This document shows positions 47,614-56,698 of a DNA stretch of 64,000 bases, one piece after another (the stretch's first letter is position 1; the number at the start of each line of letters is the position of its first letter). The translations under genes and the position numbers were made by a program. Source of the DNA: Escherichia phage APCEc01. The notes beneath the pieces were generated by a model, which saw nothing but the letters and a program-made list of their open reading frames with translations, made no database searches and was not told the origin of the DNA. The DNA is taken from the sequence record NC_029091.1; one strand, given 5' to 3'.

Positions 47614-47946
47614 ATGTCTACTAAAATCAAAAACGTAGTTAATTCTTTCGCTTTCGATAAAGTTGTTGCTCTTCTGGAATCTGGCAATATTGTTACTCCT
47701 CAAGTTCTTGACGCATGGGAATTCCGTCTTTATGAAATCATGCAAAAACACAACCAGAAAATTGGACGTAATTCTATTCGTGAAATTCTAGTGCAATATA
47801 TTCTTTCTGAATTTGACGTTGCTGCGTTTGGTGTTGAATCTAAAGCTTATCAGAAACATGAAATCTCTGAAAAGACTATCCGTCGTATGAAAAATCAACG
47901 TAAGAAAAAATTCGTTGACCTGAAAATTGTTAAGGCGGCAAAATGA
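47614..47946 (+). CDS. hypothetical protein
   Basis: 110-aa product. Confidence 0.5.
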   Translation: MSTKIKNVVNSFAFDKVVALLESGNIVTPQVLDAWEFRLYEIMQKHNQKIGRNSIREILVQYILSEFDVAAFGVESKAYQKHEISEKTIRRMKNQRKKKFVDLKIVKAAK

Positions 47947-48170
47947 GCGTATTAACAGAAACTTTGATTAATGACCTGCGTCTAGCTGGTTACGAAGTTG
48001 GTACAAATAGTCTAGGTCTTCCTCAGATTGAAGGTCCTGGATTTATTCTAGAATACGAATTCAAACAATGGTGGTTATATGCTACGGTTGACGATGCGTT
48101 GAATATTGATTTCGTTGACCAATTTGATTCGCTGGATGCTGCTCTTGAAGCAGCAAAGGAACTAGAATGA
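47943..48170 (+). CDS. hypothetical acidic protein
   Basis: 75-aa ORF. Confidence 0.5.
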   Translation: MSVLTETLINDLRLAGYEVGTNSLGLPQIEGPGFILEYEFKQWWLYATVDDALNIDFVDQFDSLDAALEAAKELE

Positions 48171-48436
48171 AATTAACTCGAATCAGTATAACTGAAGAAA
48201 AGCTGGGCGAATTTTATGTTGACGAATACATGAAAGTCACGTATTTTCCATTCGTTAAAGGTGTTGGTTTTTGGGAAACTCATGTATCTCAATTAAACGA
48301 AGGCGACTATAACGAAACACATGAGAACTTTTTAGATTTTCTTTATAATGCCGGTCTTACTGAGCTTTATATCGATATCCATGAGTTCAAACGTTTAATG
48401 GAAAAAGTGTTTCAGGCTTATTGTTTGCTCCGATAG
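48167..48436 (+). CDS. hypothetical protein
   Basis: 89-aa ORF. Confidence 0.5.
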   Translation: MKLTRISITEEKLGEFYVDEYMKVTYFPFVKGVGFWETHVSQLNEGDYNETHENFLDFLYNAGLTELYIDIHEFKRLMEKVFQAYCLLR

Positions 48437-48443
48437 TATCTCG

Positions 48444-48490
48444 TGCTTTAAGATAGGTCTCTAAATATTATGATATAATAGACCTATGAA
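48444..48490 (+). promoter_or_regulatory. promoter with stem-loop upstream of gene 55
   Basis: TGCTTTA at 48444-48450, TATAAT at 48474-48479 flanked by inverted repeat ATAGGTCT/AGACCTAT. Confidence 0.4.
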
Positions 48491-48508
48491 TTGAGCCAAG
48501 AGGTACTT

Positions 48509-49066
48509 ATGACTGAACAAAAACCTAAAAATAACTATGTGAATAATAAAGAGCTTCTCGCCGCTATAATCGAGTGGAAAAAGGAGCTCTTAAATAATAA
48601 AGACCCAAACAAAATTATTCGTCAGAATGATACCATCGGTTTAGCAATTATGCTTATCGCCGAAGGCCTGTCCAAACGTTTCAACTTTTCAGGATATACC
48701 CAGTCTTGGAAGCAGGAGATGATTGCAGATGGGATTGAAGCCTCTATTAAGGGACTTCATAATTTCGACGAAACTAAGTACAATAACCCACATGCATACA
48801 TAACTCGAGCTTGTTTTAATGCTTTTGTCCAACGTATCAAAAAAGAACGTAAGGAAGTTGCAAAGAAATATAGTTACTTCGTTCATAATGTCTACGACAG
48901 TCATGACGATGATATGGTAGCGTTGGTAGATGAAACGTTTATTCAAGACATCTACGATAAAATGACGCATTATGAAGAATCCGCTTATAAAGCTCCTGGG
49001 GCTGAAAAGAAGGAAGTTGTTAGCGATTCGCCTAGTTTGGATTTTTTATATGAGGATGACAATTGA
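48509..49066 (+). CDS. 55: late-transcription sigma factor gp55
   Basis: 185-aa product [35 protein letters not shown]...[44 protein letters not shown]..., close to T4 gp55. Confidence 0.93.
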   Translation: MTEQKPKNNYVNNKELLAAIIEWKKELLNNKDPNKIIRQNDTIGLAIMLIAEGLSKRFNFSGYTQSWKQEMIADGIEASIKGLHNFDETKYNNPHAYITRACFNAFVQRIKKERKEVAKKYSYFVHNVYDSHDDDMVALVDETFIQDIYDKMTHYEESAYKAPGAEKKEVVSDSPSLDFLYEDDN

Positions 49067-49266
49067 CATCTCTAACTACTTAGAAGAACCTTTTGACGAA
49101 GCAATCCCTTATTTGGTAAAACTGTTGGGTCGTGAATTTAAAATTAATTTTGACATCGACCCTTTGAACCCACATGACGTGTCATTTTCGATAAATGGGA
49201 CTCCGGTTGAGTATGAGTTCTGTATTGAAGAGGATGGACGTTTTTATTTTAATTTAATGAGATAAT

Positions 49267-49590
49267 ATGACTACCGAGATTATTGAAAATAAAGAAGCAG
49301 AAGATGCAGTAGCTAAAATGCTACAAGAAATCCAAAAGAAAAATGAAGCTGAAGCACGTAAAAAATCCGAAAAGATTCTTAAAAAGAATCGTTTTGAACT
49401 AAACCGTCTTTATGCTCATGCTCAAGAAGCAGCAATTCAAAACAACTTCGAAGCTTACGAATATGCTATTAAGAAATCTCGGGATATTCTACGACAACCA
49501 TATAATGACAAGTTAATTAAAATCCAGTGGGTTACTACTCGTCAGGCTATTGAGGACATCATTAATGGCGCTAGTTCAAACAAAGTTTAA
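49267..49590 (+). CDS. hypothetical protein
   Basis: 107-aa ORF. Confidence 0.5.
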   Translation: MTTEIIENKEAEDAVAKMLQEIQKKNEAEARKKSEKILKKNRFELNRLYAHAQEAAIQNNFEAYEYAIKKSRDILRQPYNDKLIKIQWVTTRQAIEDIINGASSNKV

Positions 49591-49810
49591 ACGTCTAAAG
49601 CTGAACGCAGGGTTCACCCTTAAATTGGGAGGTCCTCTTTGTGTTAAAATCTCTGAAAAGGAATATCACGACGGTTCTATTACAGAAATTTGTCCGCCTA
49701 TTGTAAAGGCAGACCCAAAACAACTCGTGTGGGTTGATTCATTTCAAGTTAAGAAATGGTGGAAACGATGAGAGAAATCGGTTTAGGTATTTTCTGAGAG
49801 GTGCTTATGC

Positions 49811-49984
49811 ATGACGAACATCCCGACTTCTGAAAATTTCGATAAAATCCGTAAAGGCAAAGCAGAAAGAATGAGACGTTTTAAAGAGTCTTATGATAAA
49901 GCTAAAGCCGAAGGAACTATTACATACAAGCCCATTCGATTTAAAAGTTCAAATGAGCCTCTGTACGGTGTACTATGTGGATAG
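49811..49984 (+). CDS. hypothetical small basic protein
   Basis: 57-aa ORF ending at the terminator hairpin. Confidence 0.35.
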   Translation: MTNIPTSENFDKIRKGKAERMRRFKESYDKAKAEGTITYKPIRFKSSNEPLYGVLCG

Positions 49985-50011
49985 GAACTCTTCGGAGTTC
50001 CTTTTTTTTTT
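49984..50011 (+). terminator. strong intrinsic terminator
   Basis: GGAACTC-TTCG-GAGTTCC followed by T10. Confidence 0.8.
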
Positions 50012-50034
50012 GCTTTATAAACGGATGATAAAAT
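50011..50034 (+). promoter_or_regulatory. MotA-dependent middle promoter candidate for gene 47
   Basis: TGCTTTA at 50011-50017, 11 nt, TAAAAT at 50029-50034. Confidence 0.45.
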
Positions 50035-50057
50035 GAATTAACTAATGAGGAAATAAT

Positions 50058-51077
50058 ATGAAAATTTTGCACTTAGGCGACTTCCATATCGGAGTCAAAC
50101 AAGACGACCCATGGGTTCAAGATATTCAACGTGATGGTATTCGTCAAGCAATTGAATACTCTAAGAAACACGGGATTAAAACTTGGATTCAGTACGGTGA
50201 TTGGTTTGACGTCCGTAAAGCAATAACACATCGTACAATGGAATTCAATCGTGAAATCGTTGATATGATTTCTAAAGCAGGCATTCACGTTCATGTCACG
50301 ATAGGAAACCATGACATGGCGTTTAAGAATACAATAACACCTAACACTGTTTCTGAATTGTTAACTCAATTTGAAAACTTTACTATTTATGAACATCCAA
50401 CTACTGTAGATTTTGACGGATGTCTGATTGATATCGTTCCATGGATGTGTGAAGAAAATACAGGTGAAATCTTAGAGCACATCAAGACTTCTTCCGCAGC
50501 GTATTGTGTTGGGCACTGGGAACTGAATGGCTTTTATTTCTATAAAGGAATGAAGTCTCATGGGCTTGAACCTGATTTCTTAAAGACCTATAAACAAGTC
50601 TGGTCTGGCCACTTCCACACAATCTCTGAAGCTGCTAACGTCAAATATATTGGGACACCATGGACCCTTACTGCAGGTGATGAGAACGACCCGCGCGGAT
50701 TCTGGGTATTTGACACTGATGTTGAACGTATGGAATTTATTCCTAATGAAACAACATGGCATCGACGAATCACTTATCCGTTTAAAGGCAAAATCAATTA
50801 TTCTGATTATACTAATCTAGCCTTACGTGTTATAGTATCAGAAATTGATTCAGAGTTGACTAAGTTTGAATCTGAACTTGAAAAAGTAGTTCACTCTCTT
50901 CGTATGGTTTCTAAAGTTGATAACAGTGTTGAATCTGATGACGACCAGGAAATCGAGATTAAATCACTTCAAGATATCATTAAAGAATATATTGACGCGA
51001 TTCCAGATATCTCAGACGAAGACAGAGAAGCGCTGGTCAAATATTCCAACGAACTTTATATTGAGGCAACACAATGA
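50058..51077 (+). CDS. 47: recombination nuclease subunit gp47 (Mre11/SbcD-like)
   Basis: 339 aa (same as T4 gp47), MKILHLGDFHIG phosphoesterase motif. Confidence 0.93.
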   Translation: MKILHLGDFHIGVKQDDPWVQDIQRDGIRQAIEYSKKHGIKTWIQYGDWFDVRKAITHRTMEFNREIVDMISKAGIHVHVTIGNHDMAFKNTITPNTVSELLTQFENFTIYEHPTTVDFDGCLIDIVPWMCEENTGEILEHIKTSSAAYCVGHWELNGFYFYKGMKSHGLEPDFLKTYKQVWSGHFHTISEAANVKYIGTPWTLTAGDENDPRGFWVFDTDVERMEFIPNETTWHRRITYPFKGKINYSDYTNLALRVIVSEIDSELTKFESELEKVVHSLRMVSKVDNSVESDDDQEIEIKSLQDIIKEYIDAIPDISDEDREALVKYSNELYIEATQ

Positions 51078-51331
51078 CTTTAGATGAATTTAATAATGCT
51101 GGGCTTGGACTTGAAGTTGAAATGGACGTTAAAGACGATGATGGATTCGAGAACACTATCAAGTATTGGATTGAGCCATTACGCGTTGAAGGCAATGAAG
51201 TTAAAGCAGTTCATGTCTGCACCGACTGGGCTATTGAATTTAGCTTTAATATAATGGACAACGATACTCCCGGCTCTATTCTTAAAATGGCTGAAGCGTG
51301 TATTGAGGATGCGTATAATGACGAAGACTGA
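51074..51331 (+). CDS. hypothetical acidic protein
   Basis: 85-aa ORF between genes 47 and 46. Confidence 0.5.
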   Translation: MTLDEFNNAGLGLEVEMDVKDDDGFENTIKYWIEPLRVEGNEVKAVHVCTDWAIEFSFNIMDNDTPGSILKMAEACIEDAYNDED

Positions 51332-51557
51332 TTATGAAATCCATCGTCATGAATTTAGTATTGGTGACGGTTATATTGGTATCGTTGAATGGACTGAGAA
51401 TTACGAGGAATCAACTCCTCGTTTCTTTGGAACAATGTATGTTACCTGTGAGTATGCACCAGGTGTTGTTATGTATGCAGAACTAGATGAATATTTTGCT
51501 GATAGAGATGACATGTTAAAATATGTAGAGGACTTCATTCGAAGAGAATACATATGA
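51318..51557 (+). CDS. hypothetical protein
   Basis: About 79 aa; start ambiguous (ATGs at 51309 and 51318). Confidence 0.45.
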   Translation: MTKTDYEIHRHEFSIGDGYIGIVEWTENYEESTPRFFGTMYVTCEYAPGVVMYAELDEYFADRDDMLKYVEDFIRREYI

Positions 51558-53242
51558 AATCATTTAAATTAAATCGTGTTCGTTATCAAAACATCATGTC
51601 GGTAGGTGGGAATCCTATCGATATCCAATTAGATAAAGTCCAAAAGACCTTAATCACCGGTAAAAATGGCGGTGGTAAATCTACGATGTTAGAAGCCATT
51701 ACTTTCGGACTTTTCGGTAAACCATTTCGTGATGTTAAGAAAGGACAAATCATTAATAGCACGAACAAGAAAGAGCTCTTAGTTGAGCTTTGGATGGAAT
51801 TCGATGATAAAAAATACTTCATTAGACGCGGCCAAAAGCCCAATATTTTCGAAATCTCCGTTGACGGTGTTCGTCTCGATGAATCTGCCAGCAGTCGTGA
51901 CTTCCAAGAAGAATTTGAACGTAGCATCGGAATGTCATACGCGTCTTTTAAACAGATCGTTGTGCTTGGGACGGCAGGGTATACCCCTTTCATGGCTCTT
52001 AGCACCCCTGCTCGTAGAAAACTTGTCGAAGACCTTTTAGAAGTCGGCACACTCGCTGAAATGGATAAAATCAATAAGTCTCAAGTTCGAGAACTTAATT
52101 CCCAGGGACAAGTTCTCGATGCTAAGAAAGATGGTGTTATCCAACAAATTAAGATTTATAACGAGAATATCGAACGTCAAAAGAAATTATCTGGTGATAA
52201 TGTAGCGCGTCTACAGAATATGTATGACGACCTAGCCAAAGAAGCTCGTTCATTAAAAGCAGAAATCGAAGAAGCTAATGAGCGACTACTTAATATCGTT
52301 CTTGATGAAGACCCTACTGAGGCATTCAACAAGATAGGACAAGAAGCATTCTTGATTAAATCTAAAATCGACTCATACAACAAAGTTATTAAGATGTATC
52401 ACGATGGCGGTACATGTCCTACTTGCGCATCACAGTTGCACCAGGGTGACCCTATTGTCTCTAAGATTACCGATAAGCTTCACGAATGTAATCACTCATT
52501 CGAGCAACTTACATGTCACAGAGATAACCTGAGTGTCCTAGTGGACGAATATAGAGCTAATGTTAAGACTAAACAGGACCTTGCATCTGATATTCGTACC
52601 AAGAAACAAGCAATGATTGCCACTATTGATAAAGCTAAGAAAGTTAAAGCTGCAATAGAACAAGCCTCGGCGGAATTTATCGACCATGCCGATGAGATAG
52701 CTTTGCTTCAAAAAGAACTTGATAAAATCATTAAAACAAAATCAGATATCGTTCTTGAAAAATACCATCGTGGTATTATTACAGATATGTTAAAAGATTC
52801 TGGTATTAAAGGTGCTATCATTAAAAAATATGTGCCTCTGTTCAACAAGCAGATTAACCATTATCTTAAAATCATGGAAGCCGATTACGTGTTTTCTATT
52901 GATGAAGAATTCAATGAATCTATAAAATCACGTGGCCGTGAAGATTTTAGTTATGCTTCATTTAGTCAAGGTGAAAAGGCACGTATCGATATCGCATTGT
53001 TGTTTACATGGCGAGATATTGCTGAAAAGGTCTCTGGTGTTAAAATCAACACTCTGATTCTTGATGAGGTTTTTGATGGGGCAGTTGATTCTGAAGCTGT
53101 TAAGGCTATAGATACCATTCTTGGAAGTTTACAAAATACTAACGTGTTCATTATTTCTCATAGGGACCATGACCCTCAACGTTATGGACAACATTTGCAA
53201 ATGAGCAAAGTTGGACGATTTACTGTAATGACTGTTTCATAA
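51554..53242 (+). CDS. 46: recombination ATPase subunit gp46 (Rad50/SbcC-like)
   Basis: 562 aa, Walker A GKNGGGKST, central coiled coil with CPTC zinc hook, C-terminal LILDEVFDG. Confidence 0.93.
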   Translation: MKSFKLNRVRYQNIMSVGGNPIDIQLDKVQKTLITGKNGGGKSTMLEAITFGLFGKPFRDVKKGQIINSTNKKELLVELWMEFDDKKYFIRRGQKPNIFEISVDGVRLDESASSRDFQEEFERSIGMSYASFKQIVVLGTAGYTPFMALSTPARRKLVEDLLEVGTLAEMDKINKSQVRELNSQGQVLDAKKDGVIQQIKIYNENIERQKKLSGDNVARLQNMYDDLAKEARSLKAEIEEANERLLNIVLDEDPTEAFNKIGQEAFLIKSKIDSYNKVIKMYHDGGTCPTCASQLHQGDPIVSKITDKLHECNHSFEQLTCHRDNLSVLVDEYRANVKTKQDLASDIRTKKQAMIATIDKAKKVKAAIEQASAEFIDHADEIALLQKELDKIIKTKSDIVLEKYHRGIITDMLKDSGIKGAIIKKYVPLFNKQINHYLKIMEADYVFSIDEEFNESIKSRGREDFSYASFSQGEKARIDIALLFTWRDIAEKVSGVKINTLILDEVFDGAVDSEAVKAIDTILGSLQNTNVFIISHRDHDPQRYGQHLQMSKVGRFTVMTVS

Positions 53243-53270
53243 ACGCTTTAACACGATGTGGTTATAATGA
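53243..53270 (+). promoter_or_regulatory. MotA-dependent middle promoter candidate
   Basis: AAACGCTTTA at 53241-53250, 12 nt, TATAAT at 53263-53268; inverted repeat GATGTGGT/ACCACATC around the -10. Confidence 0.5.
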
Positions 53271-53296
53271 CCACATCAAATTAAATGGAGAACAAC

Positions 53297-53485
53297 ATGG
53301 AGTATTCAACTGGACAACATCTTCTCGTTGTCCCTGAAATTAAAAAATATGTTTTGACCAATACGTTTTCAGGTGAAGAACATATTGTTACTGAACAAAT
53401 GCTCAAATCTGCTTTTAAAGATGAGTATAATAAAATAATGTCTAATCGCAATTCCGCATGGACAGTTACCGACTTCTACGAATAA
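53297..53485 (+). CDS. hypothetical protein
   Basis: 62-aa product from ATG after GGAG. Confidence 0.45.
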   Translation: MEYSTGQHLLVVPEIKKYVLTNTFSGEEHIVTEQMLKSAFKDEYNKIMSNRNSAWTVTDFYE

Positions 53486-53497
53486 GAGAGAAATAAT

Positions 53498-53914
53498 ATG
53501 TTTACTACTGCTAAAGGTTTTACCGCTGCTGATCTGAAAGTTACTTCTATCCGTACTGACGCTAACCCGCATAACCATAATCGTGTTCGTAAAGCATGGG
53601 TCCTGCATTGTGATGACGCAAGTGCTAAAAAACTCCAATCTTTGCCACAAGAAACTCGTTTTATGATTTATGGTTTTATTGATAACGATGTGTCTGATAT
53701 GTGGATTCATTTGATGCGTAAGCACTATAAAGATTCTATCGAAGCAGGTGCTAAAATCGTTCTTGATAAAGACGGTTCTGAACGCCTTGAAGATTTTTAC
53801 TGTGTTGATGCCGACGAACAACTAATTGCAGCTGGCGAAATTGTTGCTTCTAAAATTCCAGAATATATTGAATCACTGCCTGAAGCTATTAAAAAGCAGA
53901 TTGTTGCTGCATAA
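53498..53914 (+). CDS. rpbA: RNA-polymerase-binding protein RpbA (by position)
   Basis: 138-aa ORF immediately upstream of gene 45. Confidence 0.6.
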   Translation: MFTTAKGFTAADLKVTSIRTDANPHNHNRVRKAWVLHCDDASAKKLQSLPQETRFMIYGFIDNDVSDMWIHLMRKHYKDSIEAGAKIVLDKDGSERLEDFYCVDADEQLIAAGEIVASKIPEYIESLPEAIKKQIVAA

Positions 53915-53956
53915 TAAATTTGTTATAAACTTTGAATTGTCTTGAAAGGAAATAAA

Positions 53957-54643
53957 ATGAAACTGTCTAAAGATACTATCGCTATTCTGAAAAACTTTGC
54001 CTCTATTAACTCTGGCATTCTGCTGAGTCAAGGTAAATTTATTATGACTCGTGCAGTTAATGGCACCACTTATGCGGAAGCAAATATCTCTGATGAAATT
54101 GATTTTGACGTAGCACTTTATGATTTGAATAGCTTCTTAAGCATTTTGAGTCTAGTGTCTGATGATGCCGAAATTTCAATGCATACTGATGGCAATATTA
54201 AAATTGCAGATACACGTTCCACAGTTTATTGGCCTGCTGCCGACAAGAGCACCATTGTTTTTCCTAATAAGCCAATTCAATTCCCAGTGGCTTCTGTGAT
54301 TACTGAAATTAAAGCTGAAGACCTTCAACAATTGCTTCGAGTTTCACGTGGACTTCAGATTGATACAATTGCTATTACAAATAAAGATGGTAAAATTGTT
54401 ATCAATGGCTATAATAAAGTTGAAGATTCCGGACTAACTCGTCCTAAGTATTCTTTGACTCTTACTGATTATGACGGTTCTAATAACTTTAACTTCGTAA
54501 TCAATATGGCTAATATGAAAATCCAGCCAGGTAACTATAAAGTAATGTTGTGGGGAGCTGGTGATAAAGTTGCAGCTAAGTTTGAAAGCTCTCAAGTAAG
54601 TTATGTTATTGCGATGGAAGCCGATTCTACTCACGACTTCTAA
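53957..54643 (+). CDS. 45: sliding clamp gp45
   Basis: 228-aa product MKLSKDTIAILKNFASINSGILLSQGKFIMTRAVNGTTYAEANISDEIDFDVALYDLNSFL..., T4/RB69-type clamp. Confidence 0.95.
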   Translation: MKLSKDTIAILKNFASINSGILLSQGKFIMTRAVNGTTYAEANISDEIDFDVALYDLNSFLSILSLVSDDAEISMHTDGNIKIADTRSTVYWPAADKSTIVFPNKPIQFPVASVITEIKAEDLQQLLRVSRGLQIDTIAITNKDGKIVINGYNKVEDSGLTRPKYSLTLTDYDGSNNFNFVINMANMKIQPGNYKVMLWGAGDKVAAKFESSQVSYVIAMEADSTHDF

Positions 54644-54647
54644 GTCA

Positions 54648-54675
54648 AAGCTTTACGTTTATTGTGATACGATTA
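54648..54675 (+). promoter_or_regulatory. MotA-dependent middle promoter candidate for gene 44
   Basis: AAAGCTTTA box ending 54655, 12 nt, TACGAT at 54668-54673; followed by hairpin TGGAGGA-GAAA-TCCTCCA at 54676-54693. Confidence 0.5.
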
Positions 54676-54718
54676 TGGAGGAGAAATCCTCCAGTTTAAT
54701 GATAATGAGGAAAATTAC

Positions 54719-55681
54719 ATGATTACTATCAATTCCAAAGAACACATTCTAGAACAGAAATATCGTCCTTCTTCCATTGACGAATGTATTCTGCCTGCGT
54801 ATGACCATGAAACATTCAAGTCTTTAGTATCTAAAGGAAAACTTCCTCATATTATTTTACACTCTCCATCTCCTGGTACCGGTAAAACAACCGTAGCAAA
54901 AGCATTATGTAATGATATCAATGCCGAAATGATGTTCGTCAACGGTTCTGATTGTAAGATTGATTTTGTGCGTGGTCCATTAACTGCATTTGCTCGTTCA
55001 GTCTCAATGGAAGGCAAGCCTAAAGTTATCGTTATCGATGAATTTGACCGTAGTGGCCTTGCTGAATCACAACGGCACCTTCGTACGTTTATGGAAGAAT
55101 TCTCTAGTAACTGTTCTATTATTATTACTGCCAACAACATCGATGGAATTATCGAACCATTACGTAGTCGTTGTCGAGTTATCGAATTCGGACGTCCGAC
55201 TGAAGAAGATAAAATCTCGATGATGAAGAAAATGATTCATCGTATGGTTGAAATCTGTAAGAACGAAAATATCGAAATCGCTGATATGAAAGTTGTTGCA
55301 GCTTTGGTTAAAAAGAACTTCCCGGACTTTCGTCGTACAATTGGCCAATTAGACCAGTACTCGTCTAAAGGTGTTCTTGATGCAGGTATTTTGTCAATTG
55401 TAACCAATGATCGTGGCACGGTAGATGATGTCATAGAAGCAATGAAGAACAAAGATATCAAACAACTTCGTGCATTAGCTCCAAAATATGCTGCAGATTA
55501 TTCATGGTTCATCGATAAATTAGTTTCTGAGTGTTATGACAAAGTTGCACCAGGTAAAAGTATTATTTCGCTTTATGAAATTGCAGGCGAAAATAATAAG
55601 TTTCATGGATTAGCAAGTAATATTGAATTACATGTTATGTATATGCTTCTTCAACTGACCTGCGAACTAACTTGGAAATAA
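54719..55681 (+). CDS. 44: clamp loader large subunit gp44
   Basis: 320 aa, Walker [11 protein letters not shown], Walker [10 protein letters not shown]. Confidence 0.95.
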   Translation: MITINSKEHILEQKYRPSSIDECILPAYDHETFKSLVSKGKLPHIILHSPSPGTGKTTVAKALCNDINAEMMFVNGSDCKIDFVRGPLTAFARSVSMEGKPKVIVIDEFDRSGLAESQRHLRTFMEEFSSNCSIIITANNIDGIIEPLRSRCRVIEFGRPTEEDKISMMKKMIHRMVEICKNENIEIADMKVVAALVKKNFPDFRRTIGQLDQYSSKGVLDAGILSIVTNDRGTVDDVIEAMKNKDIKQLRALAPKYAADYSWFIDKLVSECYDKVAPGKSIISLYEIAGENNKFHGLASNIELHVMYMLLQLTCELTWK

Positions 55682-55682
55682 T

Positions 55683-56246
55683 ATGAACTTATTCGATGAT
55701 GACGTCCAGCTTAACGAGCACCAAATTGCATGGAAGTCTAATGACGCTGATGCGATTCAAAAATGTGCTGATATGTTTAAAGAAAAACCTGAGAATGAAT
55801 TCTTTAAAATCATTAATGCTATTAATGAAAAGAAATCTATGTCAATTGCTCAGGTCGACTACTCAAAATTTATGGTTGAGAACTCATTATCCCAGTTCCC
55901 GGAATGTATGCCAGCTGTTTACATGATGAACTTAGTCGGTTCTGAATTAAGTGATGAAGCGCACTTCAACTATATGATGGCTGCAATTCCGCGTGGTCGT
56001 CGATTCTCTAAATGGGCTAAACTAGTTGAAGACACTTCAGAGTTACTAGTTATCAAACTGTTGATGAAACATTACACAATCAACATGAATGATGCTACCG
56101 AGTATAAGCGGCTCCTTGAAAAAAATAACAAGTTGCCAATAGTCCTTAAAGAACTGAAGGCCATGGTCACTGATGAGTTTCTCAAAGAAGTTACAAAAAA
56201 TGTGAAAGAACAAAAACAATTTAAAAAATTAGCATTGGAATGGTAA
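55683..56246 (+). CDS. 62: clamp loader small subunit gp62
   Basis: 187 aa (same as T4 gp62). Confidence 0.9.
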   Translation: MNLFDDDVQLNEHQIAWKSNDADAIQKCADMFKEKPENEFFKIINAINEKKSMSIAQVDYSKFMVENSLSQFPECMPAVYMMNLVGSELSDEAHFNYMMAAIPRGRRFSKWAKLVEDTSELLVIKLLMKHYTINMNDATEYKRLLEKNNKLPIVLKELKAMVTDEFLKEVTKNVKEQKQFKKLALEW

Positions 56247-56248
56247 AA

Positions 56249-56617
56249 ATGATCGAAATTAAATTGAAGAACCCCGAAGATTTTCTGAAAGTCAAAGAGA
56301 CTCTGACCCGTATGGGCATCGCTAATAACAAGGATAAAGTTCTTTATCAGTCCTGTCATATCCTCCAAAAGCAAGGTAAATATTACATCGTCCACTTTAA
56401 AGAAATGCTGCGTATGGACGGACGTCAGGTTGATATTGATGGTGAAGACTATCAGCGACGTGATTCGATTGCTCAGTTGCTTGAAGACTGGGGCTTGATT
56501 GTTATTGAAGACTCTGCTCGTGAAGATCTGTTTGGCCTTACTAATAACTTCCGTGTTATCTCTTTTAAACAGAAAGATGACTGGACTTTGAAAGCAAAAT
56601 ATACAATTGGTAATTAA
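56249..56617 (+). CDS. regA: translational repressor RegA
   Basis: 122-aa product MIEIKLKNPEDFLKVKETLTRMGIANNKDKVLYQSCHILQKQGKYYIVHFKEMLRMDGRQ..., close to T4 RegA. Confidence 0.93.
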   Translation: MIEIKLKNPEDFLKVKETLTRMGIANNKDKVLYQSCHILQKQGKYYIVHFKEMLRMDGRQVDIDGEDYQRRDSIAQLLEDWGLIVIEDSAREDLFGLTNNFRVISFKQKDDWTLKAKYTIGN

Positions 56618-56621
56618 AGCA

Positions 56622-56641
56622 ATGGGACTTCGGTCCCATTT
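56622..56641 (+). terminator. hairpin (UUCG loop) after regA
   Basis: ATGGGAC-TTCG-GTCCCAT followed by TTGG; TATAAT 6 nt downstream. Confidence 0.45.
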
Positions 56642-56698
56642 GGAGTATAATAAGTTCATCAACAAACAAAAGACAATAACTCGTCTAAAGGAAATTAA

